The position numbers and the translations under genes were made by a program. From Clostridiaceae bacterium (GTDB lineage: Bacteria; Bacillota; Clostridia; TANB77; CAG-508), in NCBI GenBank assembly GCA_012513065.1, contig JAAZCX010000047.1, positions 122-64,121 of the forward strand: DNA of 64,000 nucleotides. Direction: 5' to 3'. Below are positions 38,876 to 51,346 of this stretch, piece after piece; the first letter of the stretch is position 1; every line of letters begins with the position of its first letter. Below the pieces are notes generated by a model, which saw only the letters and a program-made list of their open reading frames with translations, was not told where the DNA came from and made no database searches.

Positions 38876-38889
38876 CGAACAATAATTCG
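38876..38889 (+). promoter_or_regulatory. LexA (Cheo/SOS) box
   Basis: CGAACAATAATTCG compared with the Firmicute consensus CGAAC-N4-GTTCG (one mismatch). Lies 10 nt downstream of the -10 element of an SOS gene. Confidence 0.6.
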
Positions 38890-38913
38890 TATAGCAATTA
38901 TGGAGGTATTTAT

Positions 38914-40542
38914 ATGATTAGTACAATACAAATAAAAAATATAGGTATTATAGATGATTTAAGTATTAACTTAGAAAATGGGTTTAATGTATTAACAGGA
39001 GAAACAGGAGCTGGAAAGACATTAATAATAGATTCGTTAGGAATAATATGTGGAAATAGATTTTCTAAAGAAATGATAAGAAAAGGAGAAGAATATTCGT
39101 ATGTAGAGGCATGTATTTTTATGCCAGAAAATATTAATTCTATAGATGGAAATATTATTGTATCAAGAGAAATTTATAATAATGGAAGAAATTTCTGTAA
39201 AATAAACGGAAGACTAGTTACTGTAAATGAATTAAAAGAATTCATGAAACATATTATAGATATACATGGACAAAATGATAATCAAACTATTTTAGATAAA
39301 TCATCACATATTGGATATTTAGATAGTTTTATAGGTAAAGAAATATTAAAAATTAAATCAGAATATAAAACATTATATAATAATTATAATCAAATTAAAT
39401 TAGAATTAAAAAATAATTATGGAGATGAAAAGGAAAAACAAAGAAAATTAGATTTATTAAAATATCAAGTTAAAGAAATAGAAGAAGTTAATTTAAAAGA
39501 AGGAGAAGATGAAAAATTAGAAGAACAAAGAAAACTAATGATTAATTCTGAAAAAATTATAGAAAATATTGAAATAGCAGATGAAAGCTTATCAAATCAA
39601 GCAATAGATAGTATAAATTCAGCTATAAAAGCCTTAGAAAAAATAGAAAACATTGATGAGTCATATGGTAAAAAATTATCGGAATTAAAAAATGTATATT
39701 ATGATATTCAAGAAATATCTAGAGATATAAGTTGTATGAAAGAAGAAGTATATTTTGATGAAAATGAAAGAAATGAAATAGAAGAAAGATTAGATTTAAT
39801 ATTTTCATTAAAAAGAAAATATGGTAATAGTATATATGAAATATTGAAATATAAAGAACAAATTGAAAATGAAATTTATGAAGTAGAAAATATAGATGAA
39901 ATAAACAATAAACTTAAACAAGATCTAAAATTTATAGAAAGTAAAATGTTATTATTATCCAATAAAATGAGTGAAATACGTAAAGAAAAATCGGAAAAAT
40001 TATCTAAAAGCATAAATTTAGAATTAACAGATTTGGAAATGAAAAATGCTAAATTTGATGTAAAAGTACAATATGATTCTGAAAATAATTTTAATAAAAA
40101 TGGATTAGATGAAGTAGAATTTTTAATATGTACAAATATAGGTGAAGAAGAAAAATCACTCATTAAAATTGCTTCAGGAGGAGAAATGTCAAGAATAATG
40201 CTTGCTATAAAATCTGTGCTTAGTGAAGTAGATAAAATACCATCATTAATTTTTGATGAAATAGATATTGGAATTAGTGGAATTGCAGCAAAAGCAGTAG
40301 GAAGTAAAATGAAAAAAATATCTCAAAATCATCAGATTTTATGTATTACACATTTGGCTAATATTGCAGCTCAAGGTACACATAATTATTATATTTCTAA
40401 AGAAGTAGAAGATAATAAAACTAAAACAAAAATTGAAAAATTAGATGAACAATCTACAATAAAAGAAATAGCGAGAATAGCGAGTGGAGATATTAACGAT
40501 GTTTCAATAGAACATGCTAAACAGTTAATGAGAATTATATAA
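38914..40542 (+). CDS. recN: DNA repair protein RecN
   Basis: 542 aa. GETGAGKT Walker A, long coiled-coil, SGGEMSRIMLA signature, LIFDEID Walker B. Confidence 0.9.
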   Translation: MISTIQIKNIGIIDDLSINLENGFNVLTGETGAGKTLIIDSLGIICGNRFSKEMIRKGEEYSYVEACIFMPENINSIDGNIIVSREIYNNGRNFCKINGRLVTVNELKEFMKHIIDIHGQNDNQTILDKSSHIGYLDSFIGKEILKIKSEYKTLYNNYNQIKLELKNNYGDEKEKQRKLDLLKYQVKEIEEVNLKEGEDEKLEEQRKLMINSEKIIENIEIADESLSNQAIDSINSAIKALEKIENIDESYGKKLSELKNVYYDIQEISRDISCMKEEVYFDENERNEIEERLDLIFSLKRKYGNSIYEILKYKEQIENEIYEVENIDEINNKLKQDLKFIESKMLLLSNKMSEIRKEKSEKLSKSINLELTDLEMKNAKFDVKVQYDSENNFNKNGLDEVEFLICTNIGEEEKSLIKIASGGEMSRIMLAIKSVLSEVDKIPSLIFDEIDIGISGIAAKAVGSKMKKISQNHQILCITHLANIAAQGTHNYYISKEVEDNKTKTKIEKLDEQSTIKEIARIASGDINDVSIEHAKQLMRII

Positions 40543-40551
40543 ATAAAGATA

Positions 40552-40596
40552 AAGCAAATTGTACTTAAAATTAAAAAGGTTCAATTTGCTTTTTTA
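40552..40596 (+). terminator. Rho-independent terminator
   Basis: AAGCAAATTG-20 nt-CAATTTGCTT plus TTTTT. Confidence 0.65.
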
Positions 40597-40676
40597 TTGT
40601 ATAAATGTTTACTTTTACAAAAAAATACTATATAATAAAATGGTAAAATTTTATAAAAAGAAAGTAGGTTTGACAT

Positions 40677-42161
40677 ATGGAAAACGAAGAATTGGAAGTA
40701 GATGTAAACAAGTTAATGCAAATAAGAAGAGATAAATTAACTAAATTAAAAGAAGAAGGAAAAGATCCTTTTGAAATAACAAAATTCAATCGTACACATA
40801 CAAGTACAGATGTTGTGGAAAATTATGATCAATTAGAAGGAAAGGATGTAACTGTTGCAGGAAGAATTATGGCAAAAAGAATTATGGGAAAAGCATCTTT
40901 CTGCCATATTCAAGATGGCAATGGTAAAATTCAAAGTTATGTAAGTATCAATGAATTAGGAGAAGAGAGTTATAAGCAATTTAAAGAAGATGATATTGGA
41001 GATATTATTGGAATTACAGGTTTTGTATTTAAAACAAGAACTGGAGAAATATCAATTCATGCTAAAGAAGTAACATTGCTTTCAAAATCATTAAGACCAC
41101 TTCCAGAAAAATTCCATGGATTAAAAGATACCGATTTACGTTATAGACAAAGATATGTAGATTTAATCATGAATCCAGAAGTAAAAGATACATTCTTAAA
41201 AAGAATAGAAATATTAAAAGAAATAAAAAATATTTTAAATGAAAAAGGATATTTAGAAGTTGAAACACCAATATTAAATACAATAGCAGGTGGAGCTACA
41301 GCAAGACCATTTATCACACATCATAATAGTTTAGATATGGATATGTATTTAAGAATTGCAAATGAATTATATTTAAAGAGATTAATAGTTGGTGGATTTG
41401 ATAAAGTATATGAAATGGGAAGAATGTTTAGAAATGAAGGAATGGATATTAAACATAATCCTGAATTTACAAATATTGAATTATATTCTGCATATGAAGA
41501 TTATAATGATATGATGGATATTACAGAAGAAATAATATCAAAATGTGCTTTAAAAGTATTAGGAACAACAAAGATAACATATCAAGGAACAGAAATTAAT
41601 TTAACACCATCATGGAAAAGAATTTCTATGATAGATTCTATAAAAGAAGCAACTGGAATAGATTTTAATACAATAGATAATGATGAAGATGCTAAAAAGG
41701 CTGCAGAACAATTACATGTAGAATTAGACGAATTAAAATTAACAAGAGGAGAAATAATAAACCAAGTATTTGAAGCAAAAGTTGAAGAAACTTTAATACA
41801 ACCAACATTTATATATGATTATCCAGTAGAAGTATCACCTCTAACAAAGAGAAAACCATCAGATCCACGTTTAACAGAAAGATTTGAAGTATTTATTGGA
41901 GCAAGAGAATATGGAAATGCTTATTCAGAACTAAATGATCCAATTGACCAATATGAAAGATTTAAAAAACAAGTAGAAGCAAGAGATGCAGGAGATGAAG
42001 AAGCTAATATGATGGATGAAGATTTCGTTGCAGCTCTAGAATATGGTATGCCTCCAACAGGTGGACTTGGAATAGGTGTAGATAGATTAGTAATGTTACT
42101 TACAGATTCAGCATCAATTAGAGATGTATTATTATTCCCAACAATGAAACCACTAGCTTAA
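40677..42161 (+). CDS. lysS: Lysine--tRNA ligase (class II)
   Basis: 494 aa. OB-fold N-domain. Class II motifs FRNEG and [14 protein letters not shown]. Confidence 0.95.
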   Translation: MENEELEVDVNKLMQIRRDKLTKLKEEGKDPFEITKFNRTHTSTDVVENYDQLEGKDVTVAGRIMAKRIMGKASFCHIQDGNGKIQSYVSINELGEESYKQFKEDDIGDIIGITGFVFKTRTGEISIHAKEVTLLSKSLRPLPEKFHGLKDTDLRYRQRYVDLIMNPEVKDTFLKRIEILKEIKNILNEKGYLEVETPILNTIAGGATARPFITHHNSLDMDMYLRIANELYLKRLIVGGFDKVYEMGRMFRNEGMDIKHNPEFTNIELYSAYEDYNDMMDITEEIISKCALKVLGTTKITYQGTEINLTPSWKRISMIDSIKEATGIDFNTIDNDEDAKKAAEQLHVELDELKLTRGEIINQVFEAKVEETLIQPTFIYDYPVEVSPLTKRKPSDPRLTERFEVFIGAREYGNAYSELNDPIDQYERFKKQVEARDAGDEEANMMDEDFVAALEYGMPPTGGLGIGVDRLVMLLTDSASIRDVLLFPTMKPLA

Positions 42162-42230
42162 GGTTAAAAGACATAATATTTAAAACTGAAAATTATAATT
42201 TCATAGATTTAGATACCAAAAAAGGAAGGT

Positions 42231-42977
42231 TTGAAAAATATGTTTCAATTTGGAATTGATAAAAAAACATTATATATAATTATGGCAGTGCTAGTAATAA
42301 TGTCAATAGGAAGATATGTTAATAATACAAATGCATTGCTTAGTCTATTATTAACACTTCCAGCTGTATTAATAGCAATTACATTTCATGAATTTGCACA
42401 TGCATTTGCTGCAGACAAATTAGGTGATGATACACCAAGAAGACAAGGAAGACTAACATTAAATCCTTTAGCACATTTAGATGTTGTAGGATCTATTATG
42501 CTAGTATTTGCAGGATTTGGATGGGGAAAGCCAGTAGAAATAAATCCTAGAAATTTTAATAGAAATGTTGATATGTCAAAAGGTGAAGCAATTGTATCGA
42601 TAGCAGGGCCAGTTATGAATTTCATTTTATCAATACTATTTGCAATATTGTATTTTACTATTATAAAATTTGCACCAGAATTTGCAATTCAACAAATAGG
42701 GATGATAATATTAGCACTTATACAAACTACAATTATTATTAATGTGGGATTAGGCGTATTTAATTTAATACCATTACCTCCACTTGACGGATCAAAGGTA
42801 TTAAAACATTTTCTACCATATAATTCAAGAGAATGGTTTGACAGGTATTCACAAGTATTTTATATAGTATTTGTAATCTTATGGATAACAGGTATTGCAG
42901 GTAGTATTATTTCGCCAATAATAAATATTACGTATCAAGGAGTTATCCATTTAGTATCAATGTTATTTGGAATATAA
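42231..42977 (+). CDS. Site-2 protease family (M50) membrane zinc metalloprotease
   Basis: 248 aa. HEFAHAF zinc motif within a TM helix; [10 protein letters not shown] second motif. TTG start per the ORF track. Confidence 0.8.
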   Translation: MKNMFQFGIDKKTLYIIMAVLVIMSIGRYVNNTNALLSLLLTLPAVLIAITFHEFAHAFAADKLGDDTPRRQGRLTLNPLAHLDVVGSIMLVFAGFGWGKPVEINPRNFNRNVDMSKGEAIVSIAGPVMNFILSILFAILYFTIIKFAPEFAIQQIGMIILALIQTTIIINVGLGVFNLIPLPPLDGSKVLKHFLPYNSREWFDRYSQVFYIVFVILWITGIAGSIISPIINITYQGVIHLVSMLFGI

Positions 42978-42990
42978 TACAATAAAAATT

Positions 42991-43026
42991 AAATCTGCCA
43001 AAGAAAGCAATCTTTTGGCAGATTTT
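42991..43026 (+). terminator. Hairpin between the M50 protease gene and tsaD
   Basis: AAATCTGCCAAA-11 nt-TTTGGCAGATTT plus T. Confidence 0.55.
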
Positions 43027-43041
43027 AAAGAAGGGATAAAA

Positions 43042-44037
43042 ATGAAAGACGTTTATATATTAGGAATAGAATCTAGCTGTGATGAAACATCAGTTGCAAT
43101 AGTAAAAAATGGTAGAGAAGTATTATCAAATATAATAAGTTCACAAATCTCTATTCATGAAAAATTTGGAGGAGTAGTTCCGGAAATAGCTTCTAGAAAT
43201 CATGTTGAGGCAATATCAAATGTTACAAAAAGAGCGTTAGAAGAAGCAAATATGAAAATCGAAGATATAGATGCAATAGCTTGTACATATGGACCAGGAT
43301 TAGTAGGAGCATTACTAGTAGGAGTATCTTATGCAAAAGCATTAAACTATGCAAGTAATAAACCACTTGTTGGTACAAACCATATAGAAGGACATATTGC
43401 TGCTAATTATATTACTAATAAAGAGTTGAAACCACCATTTTTATGTTTAATTGTATCAGGAGGACATACACATTTAGTACATATAAAAAATTATAAAGAA
43501 TTTGAAATATTAGGAAAAACAAGAGATGATGCAATAGGGGAAGCTTTTGATAAAGTAGCAAGAGTTATAGGACTTGGATATCCTGGAGGACCAAAAATAG
43601 ATAAATTAGCAAAAGATGGTGAAGCTAATATCAATTTACCAAAAACACATTTTGAAAACTTGGATTTTAGTTTTAGTGGAATAAAAACAGCAGTTATAAA
43701 TTTACATCATAAAAATCCAGATGTGAATAAAGCAGATTTAGCTGCAAGTTTTGAAAAAGCTGTTACAGATGTACTAATAGAGAATACATTAAAAGCAGCA
43801 GAACAATTAAACATTGATACAATAGCTTTGGCTGGAGGAGTATCAGCTAATAGTTATATACGTAGTAAATTTTTAGAATTAGAAAAAACAAACAATAAAA
43901 AAATATATTATCCAGAATTAATATTATGCACAGATAATGCAGCAATGATAGCATCTGCAGGTTACTATAATTTTATAAATGGAATTACATCAAATTTAGA
44001 ATTAAATGCTATACCAAATTTGAAAATAGGAATGTAA
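43042..44037 (+). CDS. tsaD: tRNA N6-adenosine threonylcarbamoyltransferase TsaD
   Basis: 331 aa from ATG 43042 ([17 protein letters not shown]) after AAGGGATAAAA. HIEGH metal motif; GGVSAN. Confidence 0.9.
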   Translation: MKDVYILGIESSCDETSVAIVKNGREVLSNIISSQISIHEKFGGVVPEIASRNHVEAISNVTKRALEEANMKIEDIDAIACTYGPGLVGALLVGVSYAKALNYASNKPLVGTNHIEGHIAANYITNKELKPPFLCLIVSGGHTHLVHIKNYKEFEILGKTRDDAIGEAFDKVARVIGLGYPGGPKIDKLAKDGEANINLPKTHFENLDFSFSGIKTAVINLHHKNPDVNKADLAASFEKAVTDVLIENTLKAAEQLNIDTIALAGGVSANSYIRSKFLELEKTNNKKIYYPELILCTDNAAMIASAGYYNFINGITSNLELNAIPNLKIGM

Positions 44038-44056
44038 TAATAAAAAGGGGATAGAA

Positions 44057-44776
44057 ATGTCAATTTATATAATAGGAGATTTACATTTATCTTTTTCACA
44101 GGACAAACCAATGAGCATATTTGGACCAAATTGGGAAGAACATACAGAAAAGATAAAGAAAGATTGGAAATTAAAAGTAAATAATGAAGACACAGTAATA
44201 TTAGCTGGTGATTTTTCATGGGCAACATATATTGAAGATACTTATGAAGATTTTTCTTATATAAATAGTTTACCTGGAAAGAAAATTATACTAAAAGGAA
44301 ATCATGATTATTGGTGGACAACACTTTCAAGTATGAAAAGATATTTAGAAGAAAAAGATATTAATAATGTAGATTTCTTGTATAATAATAGTTTTGAAAT
44401 TGAAGGTAAAATAATAGTAGGAACCAGAGGATGGGCATTTACTGACACAGAAAATAGTCAAAAAATGTTAAATAGAGAAATGGCAAGATTAGAATTATCA
44501 ATAAAAAATGCAATACAAAAATATGGTGATGAAAAAGAAATAATAGCAATTATGCATTATCCACCAATTTCAAATTCTTATATGAAAAATGAATATACAT
44601 ACAATTCTGTATTTTTAGATATAATGAAAAAATATAATATAAAAAAATGTTTTTATGGACATTTACATGGATCATCACATAAAGATGCGATAGAAGGAAA
44701 TATTGATGGAATAGAATTTAAATTGATAAGCGCTGATTATTTGGATTTTAAATTATGCAAAATCATTGACAAATAA
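44057..44776 (+). CDS. Metallophosphoesterase (calcineurin-like)
   Basis: 239 aa. GDLHLS, AGDFS, GNHDYWW and GHLHG motifs. Confidence 0.75.
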   Translation: MSIYIIGDLHLSFSQDKPMSIFGPNWEEHTEKIKKDWKLKVNNEDTVILAGDFSWATYIEDTYEDFSYINSLPGKKIILKGNHDYWWTTLSSMKRYLEEKDINNVDFLYNNSFEIEGKIIVGTRGWAFTDTENSQKMLNREMARLELSIKNAIQKYGDEKEIIAIMHYPPISNSYMKNEYTYNSVFLDIMKKYNIKKCFYGHLHGSSHKDAIEGNIDGIEFKLISADYLDFKLCKIIDK

Positions 44777-44794
44777 TTACAAATATGTTAAAAT
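44766..44794 (+). promoter_or_regulatory. Sigma-A promoter of rplU-rpmA
   Basis: TTGACA-17 nt-TAAAAT, overlapping the end of the upstream gene. Confidence 0.6.
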
Positions 44795-44901
44795 TATTAA
44801 CTGTAAGCCGCCTGAGTCGGGTAACTAAATGTTAACTAAATGTTAACTACCTAGTATTTTATGCTTAGCGAGTATACATATAAGAGGAGGTGTACTAAAT
44901 A
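44795..44901 (+). promoter_or_regulatory. rplU 5' leader (candidate L21-leader-type ribosomal autoregulatory element)
   Basis: ~100-nt leader with the GC-rich segment GCCGCCTGAGTCGGG in AT-rich surroundings and the tandem repeat TAACTAAATGT x2.5. Its position matches the Firmicute L21 leader. No covariance model was run. Confidence 0.4.
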
Positions 44902-45321
44902 ATGTACGCAATCATAGAAAGCTGTGGAAAACAATACAAAGTAGCAGAAGGAGATGTAGTATTCTTCGAAAAATTAGATACAGAAGAAGGAAAAAAGGTA
45001 ACTTTTGACAAAATAGTTTTAGTATCTGATGACAAAAAAGTAGAAGTAGGAGCTCCATATGTAAAAGGTGTTAAAGTTGAAGGAAAAGTAGTAGAAAATG
45101 GTAAAGCAAAAAAAATTATCGTTTATAAATATAAAGCAAAGAAAAACTACAGAAGAACACAAGGACATAGACAACCATTTACAAAGGTAGAAATTACAAA
45201 AATTACTTTAGCTGCTGCAAAAGCAACAGAAGTAAAAGCAGAAGTTAAAGAAACAGAAACAAAAACAACTGCAAAAAAAGCAACTACAACAAAAGCTAAA
45301 ACAGAAAAAGTAGAAGCTTAA
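44902..45321 (+). CDS. rplU: 50S ribosomal protein L21 (with Lys/Ala/Thr-rich C-terminal tail)
   Basis: 139 aa. [14 protein letters not shown]. The tail from about aa 103 is [36 protein letters not shown]. Confidence 0.95.
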   Translation: MYAIIESCGKQYKVAEGDVVFFEKLDTEEGKKVTFDKIVLVSDDKKVEVGAPYVKGVKVEGKVVENGKAKKIIVYKYKAKKNYRRTQGHRQPFTKVEITKITLAAAKATEVKAEVKETETKTTAKKATTTKAKTEKVEA

Positions 45322-45390
45322 TGTAGTAACTAACATATTAGATTATAATAAAATCGGATATATAATAAAACACGAAGGGAGTGAGAAAAC

Positions 45391-45660
45391 ATGGCTCATA
45401 AGAAAGGTCAAGGTAGTGTTAAGAATGGTAGAGATAGTGAATCAAAACGTCTTGGACTAAAAAGAGCAGATGGTCAATTTGTACTTGCTGGAAATATATT
45501 AGTAAGACAAAGAGGAACTAAATTTAACCCAGGAACAAATGTAGGAATCGGTAGTGATGATACTTTATTTGCTCTAGTAGATGGAACAGTTAAGTTCGAA
45601 AGACTTGGAAAAGATAAGAAAAAAGTTAGTGTTTATCCCTTAGAGGATGCACAAGCTTAG
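45391..45660 (+). CDS. rpmA: 50S ribosomal protein L27 (no N-terminal propeptide)
   Basis: 89 aa. Starts directly with [16 protein letters not shown]. Confidence 0.95.
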   Translation: MAHKKGQGSVKNGRDSESKRLGLKRADGQFVLAGNILVRQRGTKFNPGTNVGIGSDDTLFALVDGTVKFERLGKDKKKVSVYPLEDAQA

Positions 45661-45672
45661 ATAAACAAAAAG

Positions 45673-45709
45673 GAATTCATAAATTAAATTTATGGAATTC
45701 TTTTTTTTT
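45673..45709 (+). terminator. Rho-independent terminator
   Basis: GAATTCATAAATT-a-AATTTATGGAATTC plus T9. Confidence 0.75.
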
Positions 45710-45784
45710 ACTAAAATTATTGACTAGAAAAAGTAATATATATATAATATAAATATAAAATTATGAAAAAATAAGGGGAATAAT

Positions 45785-48163
45785 ATGAATAACAATATAT
45801 ATATAAAATCATCTGGAATAACACTAGTAGCATTAATAATAACTATTATAATATTAATAATATTAGCAGGTGTATCATTAAATATATTATATGGTAAAGA
45901 TGGAATAATAACAAAGGCACAATTGGCAAGTTTTGCAACTGAAATGAAAGCTATCGAAGAAAAAGTAGGTCTAAAAAAAATAAACAATGAAGTTAAAAGA
46001 TATTTATATGATGAAAATATAAAAATTTTTGATATAAATGTAACAACAGATCTAGAAATGTCTGATACGTTAAAGAAAGAAATAATGTATTTCAGAGATA
46101 ATGAATCAGAAGAAAAATATATGATAGATTATAATCCAGAGAATTTTTATAATTATATAACAGTAGGCGAAAATAATAAAATTGAAAAATTATGGATTAT
46201 AGATAAACAGACAGCTGGAGGAAAAGAAAATACTTATATTTATGATGAAAATAGTCAAGTAGTATTTAAAATACAGCAAACAAAAATAGGATCAGATATC
46301 TACCATAGCTATAATGCAACAACTATACGAAATGGTAAAGCAGTAGTTGATGAATCTATAAAAGAAACTTTTGAATCATATGATAACGGATATTATGAAC
46401 CTGATTTTAAAGGATTTGATCCTAATACAACTTATATAGTATATTATTCAAATAATATACTAACAACAAATGATAATGTAACGAAAATATTAGTAACTAT
46501 AAAAGATTACATGAATAGTGGTAGAAAAGCAGAAATTCAACTAAACGGAGAAAAATATGTAGCATATGATTATAACAATAAAATATGGGCTAATGCTGTA
46601 ACTATGGCAAATGGAGTAGAAAGTTGGTGGGTATGGATACCTCGTTATTCATATAACACGGCAACCTATGATGATACAGAGTTTGATATATTATTCACAA
46701 CAATAGATAATAAGGTTATACAAATAGGACAAGATGGAAAAACAAATCTAAGAGAACTATCGAATTTTGAAAATTATTTACAACATCCAGGATTTACAAT
46801 AACAGATCAATCAAAAAAATCAACAATACAATTGAAAGGATTATGGATAGCAAAATTTGATGCATCATATACAGATAATGCATTTCCATCATCAAGTGAA
46901 TCAAGTGATATATGTTATGCACCAGATATGACAGGATATGATGTAAATAACACATATATGGTATATTATTCACCAGATTTTAGTAAAAAACAAGAGGTTA
47001 AACTTGCAGATTATGTAGCAGATGGAAGCCCAAAAATAAAAGAATTTGAAGGAGAAACATATACATTATATGATTACAATAAAAAGATATGGGCAAATAT
47101 CGTAACAAAGGCAAATGGAATAGAAAGTTGGTGGGTATGGATACCTCGCTATACTTATAACAAAGAAATACAAAATGGAGAATTTTCAATAATATTTGTA
47201 GATACAAATAATAAACCAATAGATACAAAAACATATGGAAGAACTCTTCCAGATACTTTTATATTAAATGAAGCATTTAATATAAAAGATACAGATAATA
47301 CTGGAAAAACTACTATAACAAAATTAAAAGGACTATGGATAGGTAAATTTGATGCTACATATACTGATGATGCATCTCCATCAACAAGTGAATCAAGTGA
47401 TGTATGTTATGCACCAGATATGACAGGATATGATGTAAATAATACATATATGGTATATTATTCACCAGATTTTACTAAAAAACAAGAAGTTAAGCTTGCA
47501 GATTACTTATCACAAGGATCACCAAAAACAAAAGACGTTGATGGAGAAACATATACATTATATGATTACAATAAAAAAATATGGGCAAATATCGTAACAA
47601 GAGCAAATGACATAGAGAGTTGGTGGGTATGGATACCTCGCTATGCTTATAAAAATGAAATACAAAATGGAGAATTCTCAATAATATTTATAGATACAAA
47701 TAATAAACCGATAGATACAAAAACATATGGTACAGAATTGTTAAAAACATATATAGAACATCCAGCATTCACAATAATAGATAAAGCAAGCAATACAACA
47801 ACAGAATTAAAAGGACTATGGATAGGTAAATTTGATGCCACATATGTAGATGAAACATATAAAGATGAAAATGGAATAATTGTAACAGCTTTAAATACAG
47901 ATGCTTCAGGAACTAATACATTTACAAGAAATCCAACAGATGGACATGTACATGATTCAATGGGATATGGAACAAAAGAAAGATATGTATCATCATCCAA
48001 TAGTTGGTGTGATGCATATACTTCAGAAGGATCATCTTGTAGTAATTTTGGATATTATAGATATTGTTCACAATGTGGTACAAGATTAAAATATTATTGG
48101 TGCAAGGCTCACTTTGATCCTAATAGAAATGGAAGAGTGGCAATACATGATGAAGATATATAG
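45785..48163 (+). CDS. Large repeat protein with prepilin-type N-terminal segment (G-ITLVAL class) and Cys-rich C-terminus
   Basis: 792 aa. N-terminus KSSG|ITLVALIITIIILIILAGVSLNILYGKDGIITKA. Three ~160-aa repeats with the motifs KGLWI.KFDA.Y and ESWWVWIPRY. C-terminal CSQCGTRLKYYWCKAH. Confidence 0.6.
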   Translation: MNNNIYIKSSGITLVALIITIIILIILAGVSLNILYGKDGIITKAQLASFATEMKAIEEKVGLKKINNEVKRYLYDENIKIFDINVTTDLEMSDTLKKEIMYFRDNESEEKYMIDYNPENFYNYITVGENNKIEKLWIIDKQTAGGKENTYIYDENSQVVFKIQQTKIGSDIYHSYNATTIRNGKAVVDESIKETFESYDNGYYEPDFKGFDPNTTYIVYYSNNILTTNDNVTKILVTIKDYMNSGRKAEIQLNGEKYVAYDYNNKIWANAVTMANGVESWWVWIPRYSYNTATYDDTEFDILFTTIDNKVIQIGQDGKTNLRELSNFENYLQHPGFTITDQSKKSTIQLKGLWIAKFDASYTDNAFPSSSESSDICYAPDMTGYDVNNTYMVYYSPDFSKKQEVKLADYVADGSPKIKEFEGETYTLYDYNKKIWANIVTKANGIESWWVWIPRYTYNKEIQNGEFSIIFVDTNNKPIDTKTYGRTLPDTFILNEAFNIKDTDNTGKTTITKLKGLWIGKFDATYTDDASPSTSESSDVCYAPDMTGYDVNNTYMVYYSPDFTKKQEVKLADYLSQGSPKTKDVDGETYTLYDYNKKIWANIVTRANDIESWWVWIPRYAYKNEIQNGEFSIIFIDTNNKPIDTKTYGTELLKTYIEHPAFTIIDKASNTTTELKGLWIGKFDATYVDETYKDENGIIVTALNTDASGTNTFTRNPTDGHVHDSMGYGTKERYVSSSNSWCDAYTSEGSSCSNFGYYRYCSQCGTRLKYYWCKAHFDPNRNGRVAIHDEDI
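46838..47812 (+). repeat. Two near-identical in-frame tandem repeats (492 nt and 483 nt) inside the 792-aa gene; a diverged third copy lies upstream (~46390-46837)
   Basis: Unit starts GGA(T/C)TATGGATAG at 46838, 47330 and 47813. Long stretches are identical between units, e.g. GTGAATCAAGTGAT..TGTTATGCACCAGATATGACAGGATATGATGTAAATAA. Confidence 0.85.
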
Positions 48164-48182
48164 TAAAGGAGAAAAATATATT

Positions 48183-48866
48183 ATGAAAAATATAAAATTT
48201 AAATTATTAATCAGTATATTTATAATACTTTTAATAGTAATAATAAGTAATATATCATTTGCTGGTGTTTCAGTAAATGGAGGTGCATATGTTAATATAA
48301 CAGTTGATAATGCATTTTTAGCATGTTTATATATGAGAAATGGAGGAACCTCTACACTTGGTGCAAATAAACTAGATCCACATTTAAAAACAGTATTAGA
48401 TGATGGAGCAGTAACATATTTAGGAACAAGTATGTATGGAAAAATAAAAAGTGGTGAAATAGGAGTTTCAGTTAATCTTACTTCAGAAAATTCAGCTTCT
48501 AATACAAATAAAAATTATTATTCAAGTACAGGTAATCCAAGTGGAGTAATGAAAAATTTAGAATATGAATATTTAGCAGGATTGGCAGATGTATCGCCAA
48601 ATATAAATACACAGATAATGAAATCATATTTGGATAAAAATTCTAAATATATTAATAAATTATCAGAAACATATACAGTAGAAAATACAAGAGGAATGTC
48701 AATAAAAGAAGTAGAGGGATGGAGTAACACAACAACAGATAATGTATCAGAATTTCGACCAGTATTTCAAAGATCCTCTGGATTTCTTGCATATTATTCG
48801 GGAACAGGAGTTGCAGGAGGTAATTGTGGTTTTAGACCAGTAATATGGAATATAAATGCAGATTAA
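48183..48866 (+). CDS. Secreted hypothetical protein
   Basis: 227 aa from ATG 48183 (AAGGAG RBS). Signal-peptide-like MKNIKFKLLISIFIILLIVIISNISFAG. No family recognised. Probably co-transcribed with the repeat protein. Confidence 0.5.
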   Translation: MKNIKFKLLISIFIILLIVIISNISFAGVSVNGGAYVNITVDNAFLACLYMRNGGTSTLGANKLDPHLKTVLDDGAVTYLGTSMYGKIKSGEIGVSVNLTSENSASNTNKNYYSSTGNPSGVMKNLEYEYLAGLADVSPNINTQIMKSYLDKNSKYINKLSETYTVENTRGMSIKEVEGWSNTTTDNVSEFRPVFQRSSGFLAYYSGTGVAGGNCGFRPVIWNINAD

Positions 48867-48884
48867 AAATAAATAAATAAAATA

Positions 48885-48921
48885 AAAAGAAATTAGTTGT
48901 AAGTTAAACTAATTTCTTTTT
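48885..48921 (+). terminator. Rho-independent terminator
   Basis: AAAAGAAATTAGTT-8 nt-AACTAATTTCTTTT plus T. Confidence 0.75.
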
Positions 48922-49012
48922 ATATATTTGTTTTTTACTTGTAAATATGGTAAAAATTAGGTATAATAGTATATGTAAAATATTAAATTGTAAAACAATT
49001 GGAGGAATAAAA

Positions 49013-51320
<2,308 letters not shown>

Positions 51321-51346
51321 ATAAAAAAGCAAATAATAAATTTTTA

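Noticed and set aside
40543-40676. T-box riboswitches upstream of lysS and trpS.
   Set aside because: The leaders are far too short (about 80 nt after the recN terminator for lysS; about 45 nt for trpS). No T-box sequence (AATTAGGGTGGTACCGCG-like) was seen.
46380-47812. Possible CRISPR array or other non-coding repeat array.
   Set aside because: The repeats are ~490 nt long, lie in frame within one long ORF and encode conserved protein motifs. No short repeat-spacer architecture exists anywhere in the window.
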